A stretch of 64,000 bases of DNA from the human T2T-CHM13v2.0 reference genome, Homo sapiens: NCBI RefSeq assembly GCF_009914755.1, contig NC_060930.1. The stretch is one strand, 5' to 3'. Both the position numbers and the translations under genes were made by a program. Under the pieces are notes generated by a model, which was given only the letters and a program-made list of their open reading frames with translations, ran no database searches and was not told the DNA's origin. Position 1 is the first letter of the stretch; the number at the start of each line of letters is the position of its first letter. Below are positions 54,700-64,000 of this stretch, piece by piece.

Positions 54700-55730
54700 C
54701 TACAAAACATGGCTGAGAAAAATCAGAGACAACACAAATACATAGAAAAATATTTCATGCTCATGGGTTGGAGAATCAATATAGCTAAAATGGTCATACT
54801 TCCAAAAGCGATTTATAGATGCAACACTTTCTCTATCAACACCAATGTCATTTTTCACAAAATTAGAAAAATCTAATCTAAAAGGTATTTGGAATTAAAA
54901 AAGAGCCCAAATAGCCAAAACAATCATAAGCAAAAAGAACAACGCCAGAGGCATCACATTGCCTGACTTCAAACTATAATATAAGGCTACGGTGATCGAA
55001 ACAGAATGGTACTGGTACCAAAATAGACACTTAGATCAGTGGAACAGAATAGAGAGCTCAGAAAGAAACCTTCACACCTTCTAACCTTCAACAAAATCAA
55101 CAAAAATAAGCAATGGGAAAGAGTCCCAATTCAACAAATGGTGCTGGGATAACTGGCTAGCCATGTGCAGAAGAATGAAACTGAACCTCTACATTTCACC
55201 ATATATGTAAAATAACTCGACATGAATTAAAGATTTAAATGTAAGTCCTAAAACTATAAAAATCCTGGAAGATAACCTAGGAAATGCCACTTTGGACATA
55301 GGGCCTGGCAAAGATATCATAATGAAGACACCAAAAGTATTTGCAACCAAAAACAAAAACTGACAAATGTGATCTCATTAAACTAAAGAGATTCTCCACA
55401 GTAAAAGAAATTAGCAACACAGTTAACAGCCTATAGAATGGGAGCAATATCTGCAATCTATGCATCTGGCAAAGCTCTAATATCCAGAATCTACATGGAA
55501 CTTAACAAGCAAGAACAAAATTGCAATTAAAAAATAAGCAAAGAATGTGAACAGACGCTTTTCAAAAGAAGACATGCAAGTGGCCAACAAACATGAAAAA
55601 ATGCTCTTTGGGAAGCCGCAGTGGGCAGGTCACAAGGTCAGGAGTTTGAGACCAGCCTGACCAACATAGTGAAACTCCGTCTCTACTAAAAATACAAAAA
55701 TTAGCCAGATGTGGTGGTGCATACCTGTAA
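54700..55730 (+). mobile_element. L1 ORF2 fragment fused to an Alu fragment
   Basis: ORF2-like text; partial Alu at 55608-55730; same junction inverted at ~19675-19780. Confidence 0.8.
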
Positions 55731-57596
55731 CCTGTAATGGTGCATAGTCTGATGTTGGAACTATGAAGTACCTTGGACTGGTACTTTATAGTGTTTTCCA
55801 GCAGACAGCACTGCTTATTTTTCAAATATTTCAATAAGTCGGGAGGGTTTGCTGACAGCGAGTTTGTGCCCTGAGCTCTTTGGCACTGAGGGCAAAGAGC
55901 AGAGGGGTGTGGTCTGGTGGCCCAGCATTTCTGCCCCGGGGGAGGATTCTCTTCTGCTGCAGTGAAAACCAACAGGACGCTGCTTCATCCCAAGGGGACT
56001 AGGAAGATAGGTCAGAGTGAGGAGCTTTCTGAGTGTTTCAGATCACACAGTGACTGCCTGCTTGATGGCTTCAGAACTCCTTCATTAGCTGGGAGACAGC
56101 CCCCGAGGTAAAAGGTGCATGGGCACGATGGGCTCGACATGACAGCTTTCGAGATGACAGGCAGTTTCTCCCGTGTGTTTCTATGTGTCTTTGTGTGTGC
56201 CCGTGTATGTGCATGGCTGTGTCTGTATTTCTGCATGCATTTATGTATGTGTGTTTGTTTGTGTGTGTGTGTGCCTGTGTGGTGTGAGTGTGTGTGTGTG
56301 ACTGTGCCTGCATGTCTCTGTGTGTGTGCATGTGTGTCTGTGTGTGTGTGTGATAACATGCATATATGAATGGTGAATTGATTTTCTGCTTGATTTGCTA
56401 TGGAGGGAGACAGGGACTCCAGGGGGGGTTCCTGCCCACCCCTTGTTCCCTGTCTTCTGACATTCCCTCCTCCCTGTGGAAAGAGTCTACCCCAGTAACT
56501 GAGGGTTCGTTAGTGCAGACGTCTCACAGCTCTCCAAAGTTCTGTGATATTTGTATCCCCAGGCCTCCTCCTCATGCTTGTCCATCTGCTGGATGCCCTG
56601 TCTTCTCGAGGCCACCTGGCCACGCTGTATTCTTCCTATGCCTACAAGAACAGTCTGAAATGCCATCTCCTGAGAAGCCTCCATGCAACTCTCCAGGCAG
56701 AATGAGTTACCCCCTCTTCTGCCCCCCGATAGCCCCAATGGCGGCGAGGACATCACATCAGCAGCAGCAGCCATGTGGGTGTTTGTTTCTGTCCCTCGAT
56801 TCTAAGTGACTTGAGGACCGGACACATCCATCACCCACATGTAAACCCAGCACCTAGCACAATGGTTGCCATACTATGGGGTTTAAAATGCATGGGAGGA
56901 ATCCAATCATCGGACTACCCCAGGGCTGCTAGTACTCAGACAGGGATCCACATAATTTAAGGGATTGGACAAAGGTCTTCATTTCTGTTCTTTCCAGCAC
57001 CAACCTCCATGGCTCCACTCATCCCTACTCCTTCATCCTATTAAGATTGGCTGGTCAGGAGAGGAGTAGGGGCAGAAGCAGCTATACCTGGTCTCCTCCA
57101 CCTCCCATGGTGGTGGGTGCACCCTTGGTGGGACCAGGTGCGCAAGACAACCCCTGGGCCTAGGGGACCTGCAGCCTCCGCGGCCCCACAGAAAGCAGGA
57201 GGAGCTGTTCAGCAACTTGCAGAGACAGCCAGAGAGTGCTTCAAGGACTGCATGGAGCTCTGGAGAAGTGGCAAATTCAGGACCCTCTTTTGTGGGGCAT
57301 GAGATATATAGGCAGGATCATTTCTACCAAAGAGGCTGTCACTTTGGCTTATCAATACTTTCATCTCCCTACCCCTTCCAGATCACAGTGGGTGCTTTAC
57401 TTGTTTTTATGGATTATTGTGTCAACCAAGATGAGAGGTCAGAATCACCCCAAAGATTTGAAACTTCTTCAAGATTTGACAAATGCGCATTTTAATGCCC
57501 CTCCTATTTTCAGGAAGCTGTGGCTAAAGAAAACATTTTATTATATAGCATTGCCCAAATTACTTATACAGAATTTTAAAAATCTACATAATGTCA

Positions 57597-57773
<177 letters not shown>

Positions 57774-58730
57774 TTAACCAGGTGTAGTAGCATGTGACTG
57801 TAGTCCCAGCCCCTCAGGAGGCTAAGGTGGGAGGATGACTTGAGCCTGAGAGTTTGAGGTTGCAGGGAGTTGAGATGGTGCCACGGCACTCCAGACTGGA
57901 TGGCAGAGTGAGAGCCTGTCTCAAAGAAAACAACAACAAAACAACAACAGAAGAAGAAATAACAAAACAAATTAAACACAAATAAGCTAAGTTGACAGAC
58001 TTGTGGGACCCAAATGACCATATCATGCAATGTCCTTCTTTTGATGTAGAAAGGGGTATGCTGAGTGCCAGTATTCCCAGAATGTTCCATCTCATGAAAT
58101 ATGATTTCCTCTGGTAAACCCACTCCTTAGTCCAGGTCCTCTGAGAAGTAGATGCCTACATGGGATTCACATGAGGGGATTTCATTGGTGGAAACCCTGG
58201 GAGAACCGTTCAGCAGGACGCACTTCTGACCCCAAGTGCAGGAGGAGGGACAGAAGGTTGGGCAGGTGCATCCTACACTACAGTGAATGGTGCTGGGACA
58301 ACTGGATGCCACATGCAGAAGAATGAGATGGGCCCCTTCCTTACAGCACACACAAAAACTAGCTCTAGATGAATGGCAGATGTCCAGCTAAGACATGAAA
58401 CTATGATTGTCTCAGAAGAAAATAGAGCAGTAAATTTTTGTGACCCTGGATTTGGCAAATGCTTAACTACTGTAGGCCAGTAGCAAAAATGGCAAAATAA
58501 AAGGTAGTTTGATTTCATTTTATGCAAATGTAAAACTTTTGTGCTTCAAAAAGGACTCCATTTAGAAGGTAAAAAGAAAACTTGCAGAATGAGAGAAAAT
58601 AATTGAAAATCATGTATCTGGTAAGGGACTGTTATTCTGAACATAAAAGAACTCTTGCAACTCAATATTATAAAATGAAGTAACCCAATTTAAATATATG
58701 CAAGGAATTTGAATAGACATTTCTCCAAAG

Positions 58731-59322
58731 TGAGACAGGTATACTACACGGTGGTCTCAAAAGAATAGGAAATTTTAGGCAGCAGTTTCAGGTGACTAGC
58801 AAAAGGAATCTGTTGAAATATCTGCAGCAGCTCTGGGCTGGTAAGTTGCTGAGAAACAGCATGTGGACCAAGGTGACTAAGAATGAGTGGATCCAACATG
58901 GCCCTGGATTTGACCTAGGTTTCACCTGGGACCTCATTACATGCTGATAAACATAATAAACACATACCAGCCAGCTCCCTAGCAGTTCTGAGAATGCCCA
59001 TATTTGGTGTAAAAATTCGAGGCACCAGAGTTCTGAGAATCCCTGTCCTTCTTCCAGGAATTTTCATGAATATTCCATCCCTTGGTTGAAGAAACCAGGA
59101 AAGGTGGCAGCCCCAAACCCCCTTGCACCTGCCTCTCTCTTGAGTTCCCCTGCATTCCCTTTACACGAGTGTGTACTTTCCCTTTTACAAAAAAATCTCC
59201 GTCTTTTCTCTATTTTCCTACTGGTCCTAGAATTCATTTCCCCAGGCGGTGTCAAGAGCCCGACACCGGCTGGGGTCGAGGTCTCATCAGAGTTTGGGGA
59301 CCACCGGTTGCCCACTGGCATC
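58731..59322 (+). mobile_element. MER41-family LTR (copy C)
   Basis: TGAGACAGGTATACTACACGG start; paralog of copies A and B. Confidence 0.75.
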
Positions 59323-61829
59323 GGAAGAAGAATGCAAATGGCAGTGAGCCCAGGAAAAGGTGCTCAGTGTCCACAGACCTCAGGGAAATGCCAACAGCAC
59401 CCACAAGGGGACGCCTCACCCCGCTGGAATGGGTGACCCCAAACACTGTGAGGCTGGAGGGGGTGGGGCCTGCGTTCCTTACAAGGCAGAGAGCAGGAGA
59501 CTGAGAGTTGGTGGAGTGTAGGGCTGTGCCTGTGTCATCCTCTTCCCATTTTCCTGGCGGAGGTTTCTCTTTGTTCTCTGGCCCTCCCTGCTTCCTTCCT
59601 CTCCCTTTCTCTGGTTCTCCCTCCCGTCCTTCATTTCCAACCATCCCAAGGTTTTCTCCGCCCCACGACATGCATGCTCCGGGTCCCCAGCCCAGCGTAG
59701 AAACCAGGAGCCCTGGACCGCGAGCGGCGGGATCCAGGAGGCGACAACCTGACGCCCCTGCCGGACCCTGGACACTCAGGACCTAGTGCGTCCCGGCGCC
59801 CTCCTGTAGCGGCCCCAGGGCAAGGAGGATGGGGGTCCTCGCGGGGCCCACACTGTCGGAGCCCCACAGATTCGAGTGGGACGGTGAGGTCTACACACTG
59901 AGCCGGTGACAAAGTCCCCGCGAGGATGGAGGAGGGACCTCGTGCTCCTCACCCCAACAGGCCCCGCATTTCCTTGATCCTTCTGACACGGGAACCAAGG
60001 GTCCCTTGCCGCGACCAGCGAGTCATCCCAGGTCTTCGAAAGGCCGTTTTTTCCCGGACGCTGTGGACCCGGAGGCCCGGGGGTATCGGCCGGCAGCGGC
60101 GCACCCACTCCGGGGTCTCCACAGGGCAGGACCTGGGTCCGGAGCTCGGGCGAAGCGGACGCCCTGGCGGAGCCCGCAGAAGCCAGAATGGACGCGGAGG
60201 GGTCGAAACTGAAACCCCCAGGAGCGAACTTTCCCCCAAAGTCATCTGTGGTTGAAATCAGCAATCGCCTATAACATCCCCGGTGTGTCAACACCGTTTG
60301 GTAAATATCTAGAACCAGTGCCTCGTCACTGAGGCAGCCCCGCGCGCCCCTGCTTGGGTTCCGCGTCCCAGGACCCTCGGGGCCCACAACAGATCAGGCG
60401 AGCCCATCCGGTGACCCTCCCTGGGGCTCCGGCCCCACTCTTTCTTACTTCTTCACCTACATATTTTCACGTGTTTCAGGATCGAAACCATGAAAAGTCA
60501 TGTGCGAAAGGCTCCCCCGCCCCTGCCTTCGTCCACTCTCATTGGCCACAGCCCGGAATGAGACATGATTGGATTCTTTGAATCTTTCCAGGGAGTCTTT
60601 ATGCCATTTCAAACGCATATGTATAGATATTCTTCATTCAGACTTGGATATTTTTTGCTCTTGATGAAACCTGTCTCCCTGTCCTTCAGTTTCCCCTCCC
60701 GCTATAGTGGATGTTTCACCATCCTCTGCCCAAGCTGGGTCATCACAATCACAGACAAGAGTGTCGCCAGCATTGCCATCCGTGACATGAGACGCTTTAA
60801 AGGTGCATTAATTTGCACAACAATTCTGTGTCTGGAAATCTATTCTACACAATTAAGTTGAGATTCATGCAAGCACAGTTTCTGCAGCATTTAGTTTTTC
60901 TAAAAGTAACTGACTGGAGACCGTCTGGATCTTCAGACACAGACACTGGTAACATTTGTTGTGATGCAGTCATTCTATGTAATGTGCAGAGATAAAAAGG
61001 AAAAGAATCTGTATGTGCAGGTATTGGAAGATCTTGAAAGTGTGTTATTTTGAGATAGGATCTGCGTTCAGCAGAGTGCCTATGGGCTTATATTTGTTTT
61101 AAAGACCAGCACTGATACATGTACACATCTCTACTGTTAGTAAGGAAAACAGTATTTCCATAACTTATTGCCAGTCTGTTTGTCCGTTTTAGGAAAAATC
61201 AATATAGCTGAAAAGCCATGGTGGCAGATATTGGTCATCACCCGCCAAGATTCTACACTGCCTTACACATGGTCCCAGCTGAGGTTGCCAGAGGAACAGG
61301 ATGTGGAATGCAGTCACGTTTCAGTGAAGAACCTGAAGTCAAACTGGACCAGGTGTCTTGTCTTGATTTCTGCCTCTTCACCCAACCCCCACCTGGTCAG
61401 GCAGTGACCCTGGAGGAGCAGGGACGATGCTTGGTGGGCAGTGAAGATGGGGAGCCAATTTTGGGAGCATGGTGAACATGGAGAGTCGGGACCCCACAGC
61501 AACTGGGGAGGAGCTGGTGTGATGCTGGGAGCACTGGGAAGACAGGGAGCCTAGGCACAGCACTCACTGCTCCTCCCATCTGGGACAGGATTGGGGTGGT
61601 GATGAGAAAAGTTTCCTGAGTAGCACAATTCCCAAGCATGGCAGAATGGCTCGCCCTGGTTGCCACTATGCCCAGCCCATCCTACACTTTATATTCTGTC
61701 AAGAGCAATTTTTAAAACACTGTATTCAGAACATAGACAAAGATAACCAACCACATGGGGAGATAAGGTAGCAATAACAGGAACCAGCTGAAATGTGCAA
61801 CAGAGACAGAAAATACATGGAACCTCTAG

Positions 61830-62173
61830 ATCAGTCCTCTGATAGAAATATAATGCAAGCCACAAGTGTGAGCCACACAGGGAATTTTAAATATTCTAGT
61901 GAACACATTGAAAAAATAAAAAGAAACAGGTGAAATATATTTTTACAACATTTTTAACTCAATATGTTTTAACTAAATTTTTTTTAACCAAAATTATTAT
62001 TTCAACGTGTCATCAATGGAAAAATGAATAATGAGACATTTGACATTTTCATACTAAACCTTTGGAATTTGGTGTGCACCATATACTGACAGTACTTCTC
62101 AATTTAAACTAGTTGTATTGCAAGCTCTTAATAGCCTCATGTAGCTAGTAACTGCTGGGTTAGACTTTGCAGC
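61830..62173. mobile_element. hAT-Charlie DNA transposon remnant (MER33-like)
   Basis: ATAGAAATATAATGCAAGCCACA...AAAAGAAACAGGTGAAAT motifs. Confidence 0.65.
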
Positions 62174-62194
62174 TTTAGATTTTAGAATGATCTT

Positions 62195-62503
62195 GCCGGG
62201 CGCGGCAGCTCACCCCTGTAATCCCAGCACTTTGGGAGGCCAAGGTGGGTGGATCACCTGAGGTCGGGAGGTCGAGACCATCCTGACCAACCTGGTGAAT
62301 CCCCTTCTCTACTAAAAATACGAAAATTAGCTCAGTATGGTAGTGCATGCCTATAGTCCCAGCTACTCAGGAGGCTGAGGCACAAGAATCAATTGAACCC
62401 AGGAAGTGGAGGTTGCAGTGAGCCGAGATCATGCCACTACACTTCAGCCCTGGCCAGCGAGTGAGACTCTGTCTCAAAAAATAAAATAAAATAAAATAAA
62501 AAA
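62195..62503 (+). mobile_element. Alu (S-like)
   Basis: Alu dimer with (AAAAT)n tail. Confidence 0.9.
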
Positions 62504-63862
62504 TATCAGAGTTATCAGGCAGGGATTTACAAATAACTATGCTTACTATGTTTCAATAGCTTTAAAATAATGAAAAAAATCATTGAGCAAAAAATTTTCC
62601 TGGTTTTCTTGCTCTGTTGTTGCTATGTCACATGGGACCTGCCCGTTAGAGCTAAACAGTCAGTTTTGCTGTTTCTAGGCAGGAAAACGCTCACATCACA
62701 AGTAAATGTCGAGGCATCCCAGGAGGTTTCCCTGGTAATGTATATTTTCATTAGTCAATTCCAGTCTTAAAGGTACTATTCTCCTGACTTTTTAACGTTT
62801 TCCTAGGGTGCCATCCTGTATGTGAAATCCAAAATTGATGATTTCTTCTCAAAGGCAGTGTTACCATAATTCACACCATTTAGATATATTATAAAAAAGT
62901 GTTTAAATCTATTCAACATTGTTCATTAAGCTTCTGTCAGAATCATAAAAATATCTTGTCATGCCTGATTAATTCAACTGAGTTCAGTTTTGAAACAGCA
63001 CTGCTGTTCTACAATGTGCTATTTATTGTTTAAGCCTAGAATTCATTAATGTTTCCAATAACTGAAAGGGATGGAGTATTTTACTAAGATATCTATCAAA
63101 ATTATAATAAATTTAAGACTGTGGGCTGATTTTATGAAACCTATAAAATATAGAAAGAATAGGAAGTAAAAATGAATTTAATATAGTCCTAGAATTCATT
63201 TTGTCTAAAAGCCAATGTTCAGTGAAAACATTGTTGTTTTTCTCTTCTGCAAACCTGAAGCAAGTAATGCTAGAAATGTGATTTTCTACAGAACTGACAG
63301 GTTGGTAAGATGATACATGACTGGAGTAATATCATTCATCTGTTTAACATTTATAGCCTGGGAACATGCCTTATAATACGGCCAAATGCCTACAAGTTTC
63401 AATATACTCCTAAAGATAAGAGACTTTAAGCTCCTATGTTCACAAAGGAGTATTGTCTGTAAATTATATCTCAGTAAGTTTAATATTTATGAAAGGCGAT
63501 AGGAGAGAAGACTAACAGTAGCTGAATAAGAGAAAAACAATAAGCTTGTCCGATCTACAAGTGCATCTATGAAAGGTAGGTTAAACTAGAAACCATTCTC
63601 CACCTCCTTGAGACTGTGACTAACAGCCTAGAACAGTACAAATCCACTGGATGAAGACAGGAAATAAGGTCAGGCTTCTGGCTCCCTCACCCAAATTACC
63701 CCAGAGAAACAATGGAAGGAAGAAGGAAACACTTGGCCAACAGACTACACAACAGCAACCCTGGTTGCAAGATAACAACGGAGTATTCTTTCTAAAATAT
63801 AAAGGAAAAGAACTTGAGCCTAGAATTTTTTATCCAGTCAAATTCTCATTTAAATAGGAAGG

Positions 63863-64000
63863 TATCTTTTCTGTTGCAGCCATAACAAATTGCCACATAC
63901 TTACCTGCTTAAATCAGTACATCTTTATTATTTCACAGAGTCCTCTAGGTTGCAAGTCTGAGATGGCTTGATTGGTTTCTCTGCTCCCAGTTCCTCAAGG
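63863..64000. mobile_element. MLT1-family LTR, cut by the window edge
   Basis: CCATAACAAATTGCCACA...TTTATTATTTCACAG MLT1 motif. Confidence 0.55.

Noticed and set aside
60222-60236. NF-kB-like site beside the ISRE (CGAACTTTCC)
   Set aside because: Two mismatches to GGGACTTTCC and not conserved in the 44-kb copy

Overview
Primate (human-like) genomic DNA from the ULBP/RAET1 cluster of NKG2D ligands. Two intact MHC-class-I-like genes lie head-to-head: RAET1G/ULBP5 on the minus strand (5 coding exons, 28354 to 22256, 334 aa) and ULBP2 on the plus strand (4 coding exons, 47415 to 52772, 246 aa, plus a 3'UTR exon). They sit in a large inverted segmental duplication, with extra gene-less copies of the flanking block. 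The window also has a processed MMRN2 pseudogene (~9.4-12.6 kb), an orphan ULBP exon-4 fragment, and many Alu, L1, MaLR, ERV-LTR and microsatellite repeats. Most track ORFs are spurious. Main observations: (1) RAET1G exon 4 is a tandem duplication whose second copy has its own acceptor and a ULBP1/3-type GPI signal blocked by one TGA. (2) The RAET1G cytoplasmic tail and 3' end come from an LTR13 solo LTR, which bypasses the ancestral miR-34/AU-rich 3'UTR exon. (3) A MER41-family LTR with STAT (GAS) motifs plus a CpG-rich ISRE/GC-box/CCAAT module is copied 3-4 times around the genes. (4) The MMRN2 retrocopy appears to record an exon-skipped mRNA and sits inside an old inverted duplication. Coordinates were read by eye; repeat boundaries are approximate.
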